Shown here: in pieces, positions 1-13,500 of the stretch
Layout of the letters: every line of letters begins with the position of its first letter
Numbering within the stretch: position 1 is the first letter of the stretch
Assembly (NCBI RefSeq): GCF_006345805.1
Contig: NC_042997.1
Location: 9,176,001-9,240,000, forward strand
DNA: 64,000 nucleotides
Direction: 5' to 3'
DNA from: Octopus sinensis
Lineage: Eukaryota
Made by a program: the position numbers and the translations under genes
Notes under the pieces: model-generated
Seen by the model: only the letters and a program-made list of their open reading frames with translations
Told to the model about the DNA's origin: nothing
The model's database searches: none

Positions 1-110
1 TAATGATACTTACCCAAAGTGCAGTGTAGTGAGATTGTATTTGAAACCACACTGTTTCAAAGAAAGCTCCTTAAGCACATAGCTATGTTTACATCTGATG
101 ATCATTGTTA

Positions 111-330
111 CCCTTTAGTGTTTAAACCGGCCATATCTGGCCAAAATATTCTACCTATTTTATGTTCAAACTAGCCAGATATGGTCATTCATAGCTATCT
201 TATTGTGTCATTTTAAAAATAAACAATCACATCATTGAAATCTCAAAGCCATGAAATGATGCAAGATTAATTTTACATGGTGTGAATACATAAGCTTTAC
301 ATTTGACAGAATAATCTGAATGCTAAAGGG
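111..330. mobile_element. piggyBac-type MITE, about 220 bp
   Basis: TIR CCCTTTAG / CTAAAGGG; TTAA on the right (331-334), degenerate GTTA on the left. Same family in reverse at 27362-27584. Confidence 0.75.
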
Positions 331-775
331 TTAAAGCATAATGTAAGTTCACTTGTGGCTAATCAGCAATAACAACTGGTAGTTACTAAACTATAACATC
401 TTAACTCATTAGCTAACAGAGGTGAGTGAGTCATCTCTGTTAGCTGGTGACCTGTTCTTTTCCAGACACTCCAAATAACTTTCAACTTTTCTTTTATAAC
501 TTACAGCTAGCAAACAACAGATGAGATCATCATCATCACTGTTCTTGCTGTCCTCGTCATCATAGTTCTCCTTCTCCTCCACATCATCATTTTCAGCATC
601 ATCATCATCATCATTATTTTGACATCCATTTTTCTTACTGATATGGGTTAGTTGAGACATTCTAAGATCAGTGTTTTATGGTTAGATGCCCTTCCTTATG
701 TCAGTCCTTTTAGTTGTCCCTTTATGGTACTCAGGAAAATGGTGTACCTAAGAATCAGTATATATAAATATAACT

Positions 776-977
776 GCCTGACTGGCCCTTGTGCCAGTGA
801 CATGTAGAAGCACCCACTACACTCTCGGAGTGGTTGGTGTTAGGAAGGACATCCAGCTGTAGAAACTCTGCCAGATCAGATTGGAGCCTGGTGCAGCCAT
901 CTGGTTCACCAGACCTCAGCCAAATCGTCCAACTCATGCTAGCATGGAAAGTGGATGTTAAACGATGATGATGATGA
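776..977 (+). mobile_element. SINE-like family B (RTE-like 3' end, (ATG)n tail)
   Basis: Core GGTGTTAGGAAGGACATCCAGCTGTAGAAAC...CATGCTAGCATGGAAAG followed by GATGATGATG; more than 15 copies in the window. Confidence 0.8.
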
Positions 978-1080
978 AGACAGGTAGAGATAAACTATTC
1001 AGGCACAAATAAACCACTGAAAGACTGTATTTGTAATTGCTTGATCAACTTGAAATAAGAGTCAAGCATTCCACTGATCA

Positions 1081-1281
1081 AACCTATTTCTTTACTACCC
1101 ACAAGGGGCTAAATACAGAAGGGACAAACAAGGAAAGACAAACAGATTAAGTCGATTACATCGACCCCAGTGCATAACTGGTACTTATTAAATCAACACC
1201 AAATGGATGAAAGGCAAAGTCGACGAGATACTGCGAAGTATTTTGCCCGGCGTGCTAACGATTCTGCCCACTCACTGCCTC
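1081..1281 (-). mobile_element. SINE family C
   Basis: Matches copies at 35865-36258 and 43776-43993 (AAGTACCAGTT..CACTGGGGTCGAT..AATCGACTTAA core). Confidence 0.75.
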
Positions 1282-1698
1282 TCCTCTGATCAAACCTTCT
1301 GTTTTAAAAACTGAATGGACACATTAGATAAGTTAGTACTTGACACCAAGATTTAATGTTTAAAAAGAAGAGGGTATGATCATAGTTGGAATATATTAGT
1401 TCATAGATTTACATGCTCAGAAGTGACTTGTAGTAAAGCAACAAAGATATGATTCTAGACATGAGTAATAGTGCATCTTAATATCAAAGAATTTTGCCCA
1501 CTAACCTCTGCACAAACCCAGAGATGGCAGTCAACCCGGAGTGAAAATTAAGGAGAAGACCTGAAATTCTCTAGCAGCCAGAGCTGTGGGGCTGATGAGG
1601 CCAAAGATTGAAGATGATGATAAATTATCTGTGAATATATGTATGCATATGTGTGTGGCTTTGTATGTGTATGTGAGTTTGTGCATGCATGTGTGTGT

Positions 1699-1735
<37 letters not shown>

Positions 1736-2140
1736 TTCTTGTTTCTGAATAATTATACAATGATAGAAAAAGAAAATAATAAAGACGTGTTGTTGTTTTT
1801 CTTTCTTTTCTTCTTTTGTTCCATTTACTTCACAGCTTCCTCTGCAGTATATCAACATATTCTCTTGTTTTACACCAGATTTTTTTTTAAAATTCTATTA
1901 TTATTCCGAGCATATTCCTTCCTTCAACCAGCAACTGACAAAAATAAATACTAGCAAATAATATATTTTTCAAAAAAAAAAATTTAAAAAAAGCAAAATT
2001 TAAAGAAAAAAAATGTTATTTTTGCTTGCTGTTTTATTTCTATATTGTTGGTTTTCAGAAATTTACTTATTTTTTAAAAAATTTATTGTATTGTTATCAT
2101 TACTACCATCATTATTCTTATTTTCTTTATCATTATTATT

Positions 2141-2173
<33 letters not shown>

Positions 2174-2749
2174 GCTGTTCGTTATGTCTATCGCTTCTGC
2201 TTTGAAATAATTAATGTTGGCTCCTACTATCAAGGAAAATTATTTTTAGCAAAAAAAAAGAAAAGAAACTAAACAGATAAGAAGAGAGAAAAAGATTCTT
2301 TCAAAAAAAAAAAACAAAAAAAAAGAAAAGAAAAAAAAATTAGGCAAAGAAATAACAAAACAAGGAAACTATTTTCACTTTATCATTTTGAAACCAATTG
2401 ATTATTTCAACACCTTTCAAAGTCAAGTCAACGACTGCTACCAACACCCAAGATGCCTTTTAAATACAAGCATTCTATAAATCTGTAAATATTCTAAACA
2501 GAATTTTCTATTTCGTAAATATCTTAATATCTGCGAAGCAACTCTTCCAAGACTATAGCTGAGGGCAGTGTGTATACATAATGATTTCTTTTTAACTCAA
2601 ACTCTTTTAGCTTCAGGAGGCGAAGATCAAAGTTCTACACACACACTCTCACTTTCACCATCTCTCTCTCTCTTTCTCCATCTCTCTTTCTCTCTCAGTC
2701 TATCTTCCTCTCTTAAACACTTTTAGTTCATATATATAAATATAAATAA

Positions 2750-3348
2750 TACATACATAATTATGTATCTATGTATGTATGTATATATGTATGTATGCAT
2801 GTATGTATGTATGCATGTATGTATTTATGCATCTATATATATATATATACACACGCAGACATATATATAGATATATAGTTTATATATATAGTTATATGAA
2901 TATGTCTAGTGTATATATACTATATACACTAGATATATACACTATATGTCTAGTGTATATGCATGTATATATATATATATAATATATATATATATATACA
3001 TGCATATACACACACACATATATATATATATATACATATATATACATATATATATAATATATATATAAATATATATATTCATACATATATACATATATAT
3101 ATATACATATATATACATATATATAAATTATATATATATATATATATAATATATATATATATACATACATATATATACATATATATACATGTATACATAT
3201 ATATATATATACATATATATACATACATATATATATACATACATATATATATATACATATATATATAAATATATATATATATACATATATATATAAATAT
3301 TTATAAATATATATATACATATATATATAATACATATATATATAATAT

Positions 3349-3387
<39 letters not shown>

Positions 3388-3403
3388 ACATATATATATA
3401 TAT

Positions 3404-3443
<40 letters not shown>

Positions 3444-3452
3444 TATATATAT
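2750..3452. repeat. (TATG)n/(TA)n/(TACA)n compound microsatellite
   Basis: Seen directly; source of the IYIY ORFs. Confidence 0.95.
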
Positions 3453-3592
3453 AATAGTATTTTCATAAACTGGATTATTTCTACATACCTAAAGGTTTCA
3501 TGTTTCAAGCAGTTGACTGAAGTGAAGCGCACTAATCAACAAGTCTGAAATAAATACATAAATGCATCAGAAAACAGTCTCACACACACACA

Positions 3593-3629
<37 letters not shown>

Positions 3630-3631
3630 TC

Positions 3632-3800
3632 AGAGGCACCGTATGGCTGAATGGTTAAGAAGTTCATTTCCCAATCATGAGGTCACGGGTTCAATCCCGT
3701 TGCATGACAGCATTTAAGCAACCATGGTATTCTGTAGTTTTGAGTCGAATTGTACATTGTGAGTGAAATTTAGTAGACAGAAACTAAACAGAAGCCAGCC
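3632..3800 (+). mobile_element. Diverged tRNA-derived SINE (family A 5' half)
   Basis: A-box-like TGGCTGAATGG, B-box-like GGTTCAATCCC, then GTGAGTGAAATTTAGTAGACAGAAACT as in family A. Confidence 0.65.
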
Positions 3801-3976
3801 GTGTGAGTTGCATCAGTAATTCAAAATGTACAGCCTTGTCATGCTCTCTGCCTTGCATTTAAAACTGCAATGCTACACTACAGAATATATCTATAGATTC
3901 TTAGCAAACACTACACATATATAAATGTGTGTTTGTGTGTGTCTGTTTGTGTTTGTGGTTATCTATTTGTGTGTGT

Positions 3977-4157
3977 ATCATCATCATCATCATCGCTTAA
4001 CGTCCGTTCTCCATGCTAGCATGGGTTGGACGGTTCGCCCGGGGATCTGGGAAGTCAGAAGGCTGCACCAGGCTCCAGTCTTATCTGGCAATGTTTCTAC
4101 AGCTGGATGCCCTTCCTAATGCCAACCACTCCGTGAGTGTAGTGGGTGCTTTTTACG
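3977..4157 (-). mobile_element. SINE-like family B
   Basis: (CAT)n then CGCTTAACGTCCGTTCTCCATGCTAGCATGGG...GGATGCCCTTCCTAATGCC; truncated at a (TA)n tract. Confidence 0.8.
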
Positions 4158-4257
4158 TATATATATATATATATATATATATTATTATTATCATTATTAT
4201 TATTATTATTATTATTATATTATTATTATTATTATTATCATCATTATTATTATTATT

Positions 4258-4812
4258 ATTGAGTGAGATAGCAGTGTGTACCATCAAAGTGACACTGGGA
4301 TAAAATATACGATGCCCAATATACCCATCATGACTACCTGTCTGATAAGGGTACACCAGGCATATGCATCACACCAATATGTGCATAACAAGTTGATCTC
4401 ATATCAAGATAAACAGCACATGACCTGACCTTGCAGGTGGGATCCAGTTACAAGTTTTTTTAGGTTGAGTAGACCATCCCAATCAAAAGGTCCTTGAATA
4501 AGGGTTGTTTAAGAATGTTGAACAAAACGTCCATGTTTCCAGAGGTGAATTATTCAAACCCCCAAAATTCCTCTCAACACATAGATATGATGTTACCCAA
4601 CTACTTCTGCTCATGATCACAGATACACTTATCATCAGCTACTAAGGGACATACTCAAATGATTAAGGTCAAACAACTGCCAAGCAAATCTATGGTATTG
4701 AGCAGAATATTTGCTTAGCTTATCTTTTATACCAAGACAAAACACATACATAACACCTCCAATCAGTTAAGAACAGAAGCCACATGAGCCAATGCCTGAT
4801 ACAGTATCAGGA
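4258..4812 (-). mobile_element. Unclassified retroposon-like repeat abutting an (AAT)n tract
   Basis: Non-coding, GC-richer block starting exactly at the (ATT)n run 4182-4260; family not assignable from one copy. Confidence 0.45.
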
Positions 4813-4817
4813 CATTT

Positions 4818-5219
4818 ATCATTATTATTACTCAGTTGTCTTATTCTTACCACGTGCATTTACTGCACTACCGAGCACAGCTCTGTGTGCCTTGAGTATG
4901 TGCTGTGGTTTGTTGTGATGCTCTTACTGTTAATGTATTGAAAGTGTTTTACACAGGATGTGTGCAGTGCTTAGTAGTGCTATTTTCTGTATGTTATATA
5001 TACTTGTTAGTCCTGGGGTTTTTGTTATGCATTTGTCTGAATGTCTTTTTTATCATGCCTAATGCACCTACTATAATAGGAATTGTTTCTGCTTTTAGGT
5101 TCCACATTCAAGTTACCTCTATTTCCAGATCTTTGTATTTTGCAAGTTTCTCTGTTTCTTTTACAGAAACATTGTTATCTGTTGGTATTGCTACATTAAT
5201 TAGAAAGCATTTTTTCTTG
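4818..5219 (-). mobile_element. 3' fragment of an RLE-type non-LTR retrotransposon (R4/Dong-like)
   Basis: Minus-strand peptide [51 protein letters not shown]...QKIALLSTAHILCKTLSI matches the restriction-like endonuclease C-terminus of R2/R4-group LINEs. Short 3' UTR and (TAA)n tail. Confidence 0.8.
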
Positions 5220-5221
5220 TA

Positions 5222-5340
5222 TTATCATTATTATTATTATTAATCAGTAGTTTCATTTTTATATCGTGCTTTCACTTCACTACCGAGCACAGCTCTGTGT
5301 GCCTTGGGAATGTACTGTAGTTTGATGTGATGCTCTTATA
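5222..5340 (-). mobile_element. Second short 3' UTR copy of the same RLE LINE
   Basis: CACTACCGAGCACAGCTCTGTGTGCCTTG repeated from about 4866; flanked by (TAA)n. Confidence 0.7.
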
Positions 5341-5365
5341 GTATTATCATTATTATTATTTATTA

Positions 5366-5412
<47 letters not shown>

Positions 5413-5685
5413 GTTATTATCATATATTTATTATGCTCTACAAATGTATATAGTAAACTTTTAGACTAATCTAAAATTATTTTTTATTATAACTGAACAT
5501 AAAAACAAACATTCATAGACAGACAGGCAGACAGACAGACAGACAGATAGACAGACAGATAGGTAGGTAGACAGAAACCTTTTTTCATGTCTCCAGTGAT
5601 ATTGTACGAAGTGTTTATATTTGAATTCAGCTTGCAAGTTGTCTGCTTTAGCATATACATGTATATATGTATATGTGTGTGTGTC

Positions 5686-5744
<59 letters not shown>

Positions 5745-5750
5745 ATATAT

Positions 5751-6065
5751 ATCATCATCGTCATCATTGTCATCATCATCATCATCATCAATTAACGTCC
5801 ATTTTCTATGCTGGTATGGGTTGGACGGTTTGACTGAGGTCTGGAGAGCCAGCAGCTGCACCAGACTCCAGTCTAGTCTGGCAGGGTTTCTATTGCTGGA
5901 TGCCCTTCCTAACACCAACCACTCTGAGAGTGTAGTGGGTGCTTTTTACGTGTCACTGGCACAGGAGCCAGTAAGGCAGACCTGGCAATGATCATGTTCA
6001 GAAGGTGCTTTTTACATGTCACCAGTACAGGAGCCAATCAGTGGGTACTGGCGTTGGTCACGATT
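5751..6065 (-). mobile_element. SINE-like family B
   Basis: (CAT)n tail plus family B core. Confidence 0.8.
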
Positions 6066-7059
6066 GGTTGGTGATATATTCGGTATAACAAACTTTCTCA
6101 TAAAATTAATTGTTGCTGACTTAATTTTCGTAGTTAGAAATCTGCAATATTTTATTTGTTAAACCAAAACCCTCTCAATTTTTCAGTTTCCACCCTCTTT
6201 TTTCACAACCCCACACATATATCATCATCATCGTTTAGCTTCCGCTTTCCATGCTACCATGGGTTAAAAGTTAATATTTAAGTGTTGCATATGTTCCTTA
6301 TGTTCTTAGCATGTTCTTTGTCTATGGCTACCTGACGTCATCCACAGTAATTACACAATTGTTGCTGGATCCACCTCAGGAATTACTCAGTGTATGTTGA
6401 GTAGAAAAGAAATGATAGAGAGAGAAAATTGAAGACACAGGAAACTTTATTGCTCACAATGACTGTTTCAACACATCCAGTACATATATTTTCCTAATTT
6501 TTATGCTTATTTTATACAAGAAGTGAAGGAGTAAATCTGATTAGTATATCTCTTGGTATGCTTCAAGACAGTGGCCTATCATGGCTATAGTCCAATGACT
6601 GAAACAAGTTTAATATTACATAATCTAAAATTTTCTTAACAGGATTATTGACATAATTCATGAATTAAAAGCCTTATAGCTTAAAGAAAAATGTTAAATG
6701 AATTACTTATTGTACTTGTTTGAAGGTGCCAACATACAGAAATTGTTACAAGTTTACCTTCAATTAAAAATAATTCGTAGATGTACCATCGTTTTCTCTC
6801 TATGAATAGTTTGATAGCTCATAGCTGTTTATATGAAACACAAGCCAGCACTTAGCCAAAATGGTTTGTCTATTTTGCATATCGATGCAGTCATTCACAA
6901 TGTGTTTAATTAGTGGTGTATTTAATTAATGCCCTCATTGGCAATTTAGCTAATTAACTAATGCCACGGAGAGATTTTTAAAAAATGTTTACAGCTATTT
7001 ATTCTTCGCAACAAGGTTTAAAATTTAAAACTTTTTGAGTATATCTATCTATCTATCTA

Positions 7060-7102
<43 letters not shown>

Positions 7103-7114
7103 GCATATATAATG

Positions 7115-7153
<39 letters not shown>

Positions 7154-7299
7154 ATATATATATATATTATATATATATATATATATATTTAAATATTATA
7201 TGTACATATATATATATATGTATATACAATATATATATATTATATATATATATATGTATGTATGTATGTGTATTTGTGTGTGTGTATGTGTGCATGTAT

Positions 7300-7698
7300 A
7301 CTCTTTTACTCTTTTTACTCTTTTACTTGTTTCAGTCATTTGACTGCGGCCATGCTGGAGCACCGCCTTTAGTCGAGCAAATCGACCCCGGGACTTATTC
7401 TTTGTAAGCCCAGTACTTATTCTATTGGTCTCTTTTTGCCGAACCGCTAAGTGACGGGGATGTAAACACACCAGCATCGGTTGTCAAGCAATGCTAGGGG
7501 GACAAACACAGACACACAAACACATATATATACATATATACGACAGGCTTCTTTCAGTTTCCGTCTACCAAATCCACTCAGAAAGCATTGGTCGGACCGG
7601 GGCTATAGCAGAAGACACTTGTCCAAGATGCCACGCAGTGGGACTGAACCCGGAACCATGTGGTTGGTTAGCAAGCTACTTACCACACAGCCACTCCT
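7300..7698 (-). mobile_element. tRNA-derived SINE family A, full length
   Basis: Reverse complement of GGAGTGGCTGTGTGGTAAGTAGC...GGTTCCGGGTTCAGTCCC head; ends ...GACTGAAACAAGTAAAAGAG repeats. Confidence 0.85.
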
Positions 7699-7761
7699 AT
7701 ATAAGTGTGTGTATTTTTCTTTGTGTGTGTGTGTGCATAAATGTGTGTATGTATGTATATA

Positions 7762-7766
7762 TGTAG

Positions 7767-7858
<92 letters not shown>
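7762..7858. repeat. (GATA)n microsatellite
   Basis: Seen directly. Confidence 0.95.
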
Positions 7859-7859
<1 letters not shown>

Positions 7860-8193
7860 TACTGTTTATTCACTGTCTCCTATGTTGGTGCTGACATATA
7901 AGTGGTTGTTTGGACTAGGCAGAAATGCATCTAAACATTCCCACATGCTGCTCTTGAGACAGTTTTCATCTGCCTCTGATATATATTGTGTTTTTAAATA
8001 CAGCACATCCATAACAGATATTATTGTCAGGTATATATTGGCATGACTGTTTGGGAAGAAGTGTGCTTCCCAGGCACTGCTTCTAGGTTTAGTCCTACTG
8101 CCTGATACCTTCAGCAAGTGTCTTCCACTATAACCACAGGCTGACCAAATATTTATAGGTGGATTTGGTAGACAGAAGCTGAAACAAAACTAT

Positions 8194-8229
<36 letters not shown>

Positions 8230-8576
8230 CTACCCATGCATGGAAGATGGACGTTTAACAATGATGATGATGATGTTGATGATGATATGTGTGTATGTGT
8301 GTGTTTCGTTTTTGTATTTGGTTTGCAAGGTTCTTTATGTGAATTCGTATATTGAAGCATATTTTATTGTGTCTAGAGAGAGTCATTCTCTTTTAGTGCC
8401 ATATTAATTTAACACGCTCCTTGATTTCCACTCATTTACTTAGTTATTAGAAATTAGGAAAATTGAATAAGGAGATGAACACTCAGGATGTTGTTAAACT
8501 ATTATATCTTGAAGTCTTCTACATATGTTTAAATTTTCCTATAAATATATTTGTAGGCATACATATATATATATAG

Positions 8577-8608
<32 letters not shown>

Positions 8609-8611
<3 letters not shown>

Positions 8612-9357
8612 AGTGGCTGTGTAGTAATTAGCTTATTTACCGACCACATAGTTCTGGGTTCAGTCCCACTGCATGGCAGCTTGGGCAAGTATCTTCTACT
8701 ACAGCCTTGGGCCAACCAAAGCCTTGTGAGTGGATTTGGTTGATAGAAACTGAAAAAAGCCTGTAGTATATCATCATCCTCATCGTTTTTAACATCTGCT
8801 TTCCATGCTAGCATGGTTTGGACGATTTGACTGAGGTCTGGTGAACCAGATGGCTGCACCAGACTCCAATTTTGATCTGGCAGAGTTTCTGCAGCTGGAT
8901 GCCCTTCCTAACGCCAACCACTCTGAGAGTGTAGTGGGTGCTTTTAAGTTCCACCGGCATAAGGGCCAGTCAGGCAGTACTGGCAACGTCCATGCTCAAA
9001 TGGTGCTTTTTATGTGCCACCTGCACGGGAGCCAGTCCAGCGGTACTGGCAACGACCTCGCTCAAATGTTTTTTCCGGTGCCACCAGCACAAGTGCTAGT
9101 AAGGTGACACAGGTAACGATCATGTATATATATGTATGTGTGTGTGCGTGTGTGTGTGTGTGTGTGTGTTTGTGTATGTTTGCGTGTCTGTGTTTGTCAA
9201 CTGATGCTAGTGTGTTTACATCCCTGTAACTTAGCGATTTGGCAAAAGACCGATAGGATAAGTACTAGGCTTACAAAGAATGTCCTGGGGTCGATTTACT
9301 TGACTAAAGATAGTGCTCCAGCATGGCCACAGTCAAATGACTGAAACCAGTAAAAGA

Positions 9358-9360
<3 letters not shown>
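8609..9360 (+). mobile_element. SINE family A split by a nested family B copy
   Basis: A 5' half at 8609-8768, A 3' half at about 9150-9360, family B in between. Confidence 0.75.
8770..9122 (-). mobile_element. SINE-like family B nested in a family A SINE
   Basis: CATCATCCTCATCGTTTTTAACATCTGCTTTCCATGCTAGCATGG core with internal GTGCCACC subrepeats. Confidence 0.8.
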
Positions 9361-9406
<46 letters not shown>

Positions 9407-9440
9407 TGTGCGTGTATATAAATATGTGGATACATATATG

Positions 9441-9868
9441 TATCATCATCATCATCATCATTGTTTAACATCCGTTTTCCCTGCTGGCATGGGTTGAACA
9501 GTTTGACTGATATCTGGAGAGCCAGCAGCTGCACCAAGCTCCAATCTGATCTGGCAATGTGTCTACAGCTAGATGCCCTTCCTAATGCCAATCACTATGA
9601 GAATGGGTGGTTTTCTATGTGCCACTAGCACAGGAGCCAGTCAGGTGAGCCTGGCATCGATCATGTTCAGATAATGCCCTTTATGTGCAACCGGCATGGG
9701 AGTCAGTCAGGGGACACTGTCATCAGTTACGTTCGGATGGTGCTTTATATGTGCCACTGGCACGGGAGCCAATCAAGCAGTCCTGGCATCGATCACATTC
9801 AGATAGTGCTTTTTATGTGCCACCAGTACAGGAGCCTGTCAGGCAGACCTGGCATCGACCATGTTCAT
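9441..9868 (-). mobile_element. SINE-like family B with tandem internal subrepeats
   Basis: Family B core plus about 4 diverged ATGTGCCACTGGCACGGGAGCC units. Confidence 0.75.
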
Positions 9869-10292
9869 AACCACATTTATTTTTATCTGCTGCTGGATAT
9901 AACTGTGCTTGCGTAGTGGATTTGAAAAATTATAATGTATAAAGATGAGACATTTGCTCTCTATTTGTCCCATAATTATACATTAATTATTAGCACCCTT
10001 GCTGATAACAAATTATTTTATTTGTTCATTAATGTTCAAAACCTAGGTATAAATGGTAACTACTGAAAATGTTTTTAGTTTCCATCTCCTTCAAAATTAC
10101 TCGTAACCGTGGTTTGGACTTTGACTGTTCCTTTTAGCATGTAATGTGTCCTGTTAGGGTCACTTATTTTGTGCATAAATGTACACTAATTTTGTATGAA
10201 AAATATGCTGTCTATTGACTATTTTATGCATGCTAGTCACTGGTAGAAAATTTCTCTAATTTCTCTACCCTATATATATTTTCTCAATATAA

Positions 10293-10295
10293 CTC

Positions 10296-10344
<49 letters not shown>

Positions 10345-10465
10345 GTATGTATGTATGTATGTATGTATATATATATATATGTATTTATATATATATATAT
10401 ATATATATACATATATATATACATACATATATACATACATATATATATACATACATATATACATA

Positions 10466-10499
<34 letters not shown>

Positions 10500-10510
10500 T
10501 ACATACATAT

Positions 10511-10578
<68 letters not shown>
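10293..10578. repeat. (TA)n/(TACA)n microsatellite
   Basis: Seen directly. Confidence 0.95.
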
Positions 10579-10581
<3 letters not shown>

Positions 10582-13500
10582 TGTGTTTGCACGTGTGTGC
10601 ATATGTCTGTGTGTCTGTGTTTATGTGTATGTTTCTCCTCTTCTCTTTAAATTATTTGCATAGATTAGACACTGTAAATAGATAGTAAAGATGAAAGGCT
10701 ATAGCTAACAGTTGGTCTTGGTGTTGAGTTTAGGTACACCATATTATTTCAAATTCTATTGTAGTACTGTTGGTTGGGGTAAACAGAAGACTAGTAGATC
10801 TGAATGGTATTGTTAGTAGTACATTAGCAAGTCCTAGTAATAACTCAATATGCGTAGTGTTTATATGTAGTCTAGGGTGCGTGTTTAATAGCATCACAAT
10901 CCCAGTTGTATACTGTGGCTAATAGAATTGGCTTCACTCCATCTCTTATATAAAAAAGAAAAAATACCTTTGAAGAAAATCAATAATTTTCATGTATAAG
11001 GCTAATAGTCATGCTATCTCTTATAAGTAGCATTAGATTCATGTTAAGGAAATAAGAATGATTGTTGCTGTTCTGTTCTGTAGAATATTATGTTCTAAGC
11101 AGTGCCCAAAATATGTCAGATTTATTTTGTTTCTTAAGTGGATTCTTTTCTACACATTAGTTTATGTTAATTCAAAATATTTTGTAGGAAATTGGCCTGC
11201 TTGTTCCAAGCCTTTTTCGCTAATATAGTGAACAGTAAACTCTTTATGAAATGGTAATATACTTAATTATTATTATCAGGATACTATAGAATGATGCCAA
11301 ACAGAGATGTTGATATTTGTGATAATTGTGTCATTTGCCTTTCAGAAAGAGAGAAAGGTTGCCAACACTAGTGTGAATTATCGACTAAAACAACTCCACT
11401 TCAATATAAGTGGGAAGGCTACTTTACTTTTGATTAACTGCTAAGAGATTAAATTTGTTCATTTGCTTGTTGTTCATAGGTGAAGCAGAACTAAAGGGTA
11501 CTTTGATATGTTATACTATGTTTCTGGCCACTGCATTTGCGCTGAAGAATAGCTCGAGTGATCTATCTACAAATAAGAATCTTACATCCAAATATATAAG
11601 TTATAAAGAGATATATTAATATTCCATAATAGATAATAGAAGTAGAGAAATTTATTAAAAACTGGTAGGAAATCACCAGTCATATTCAGTGTTTTATAAT
11701 CCAATAGAAAGGAAATACATTAATCAGGAACTGGAGTTCTAAAGGAGAGAGAAAATTCGTAATTACTCTTAAAAGTTCAAATATTTCCATCTTAGACATT
11801 TATTCAGAAAATATAGTATGATGACCTTTCAAAGACAAAAACATAGCATTTTGACCTTCATAAAAATTAATAATTTAAAGATCAGATGTCTAAATTTTAA
11901 TGAATTAATTCCGAAACAGAGAGACTTTTTGCTTTTTATTTATCTATTAGTATCCTGTTGTCATCATCATCATCTTTATCATCTTCCTCATCGTCAACAA
12001 CAACAAGAATAAAATCACAGATTTGAGGTTTTTAGCTTCATAATTCTGCTTTATAAATACAGCAGAATTGTAAATAAGGCTTTTTCTTTTTTCTATTTTT
12101 CATTAATGATATTTAGCTGTGTTCCTGGCAAAATAACATAGCTTCCAGTGACCAGAGCTATATAGTTGCAAACAAGCATCAAATTCACTGATATAGACAA
12201 CAGTGACCAGTAATAACTGCTTTGCTAATTTGGAGTTCTCTGTAAAAATTTCTTCTATATGCAAAATTTACTATAGACTAAAATCATCTTCAGAGGCTAA
12301 GGTATAACCCAAATGACATAACATCTTTGATACAAGAATAAGTACATGCATACTACAACACTTTCGAACAATAGTTTAGAAAGGGGATAGCTTCTTCAGT
12401 CAAGAACCACAGAAGGTACCATGGTATATTTCCATACACTGGCTGAGAGTTGAGAAAGTCAACACCTTGACTGCAAGAGAAGTTTGACTTCCTTACAGCA
12501 AGCTAATAAAACGTATTTATCAGTTTCAAAATGTTACTAATAAGAGCAATTGCAAAATGCTTTGTGGTATTTATTCAAGCTTCTTGTGTTATGAGTTCAA
12601 ATCTCACTGACCACAGACAAATTTTCCTTTTATCCTTCTGCGATTGATAAAGTACAGATCTGATATAGTGGAATGGCAGAACTGTAGAAGTATCAGCTTA
12701 GATACCTCATAGTATTTGTTCCACTTTGCTTTTTGAGTCTAGATTATGTCCACTTGGGTGGTAAGTGTAATCCATCACCCAATTTAACACAATCACCTGG
12801 TGCTTGACAGCCTTTAACATTTAAACCGGATCTCTGAATTAAGCACACCTTTCTCCTCTCCACAGTGTTGGAGGCCATGTAAAGAGCCATGAGCAGTGCT
12901 TCTCCTCCTGACTAAATGATAAAAAGAAACAAATAATGGCTATTTGCATATAGACAATCAACTAAGGGAACTTACATGTGAACACTCAATCTGCTAGAAA
13001 TAGCAGCCAAATCCCTTTTGTGTCAAATACTACAATCTTAAAAGGAGAAAGGACACGTTTAATAAAGAAAATATCAAAATACTGTCTATAAAGCAATATG
13101 GTCAAAGCTGGAATGCCTTTGGTCCCAAATCTATTGAGTCAAGGCTGATATGAGGCAAACAGCAATAACAACAGGCCATTGAGAGTAAACTATATTGGCT
13201 ATTGATACCATGAAATTGTCAGTGATACTTGGTTATAAACTGGCAACCCTTTAGCTGATTTTCTATTAGGCTATAAGCTCAGTCATCTATGGCTTTCTTT
13301 CTGATAAAGCAATTGATGAAAAGGTATAAAATATCTTTGTTTATCATCAAAGATAGCAATTCTTCTTAAGTGGATATGAAGTCAATGTTAACTCATTAAG
13401 TCGACGTGAATTCATTTGAAGTGTTAATATAAACCTTGCGTTGCTGTACAGTATATTCTGTAAATCGTCACCTTTGTCCTATATTTTATTGTGAACTCCC

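Noticed and set aside
409-660. Acidic 83-aa ORF
   Set aside because: The D/E-rich part is the decayed (ATG)n tail of a family B SINE at about 525-700.
755-937. Recurrent 'CTRLQSDLAEFLQLDALPNANHSESVVGAF' peptides
   Set aside because: Chance translation of the family B core; not a gene family.
2779-3532. IYIY/HTHT/VCVC ORFs here and at about 7.1, 10.3, 20.5, 29.8, 51.0 and 54.4-56.6 kb
   Set aside because: Translations of dinucleotide and tetranucleotide microsatellites.
9600-9868. CRISPR-like spacing of GTGCCAC...GGCAC subrepeats
   Set aside because: Eukaryotic context, diverged units that are internal subrepeats of family B, and no cas genes.
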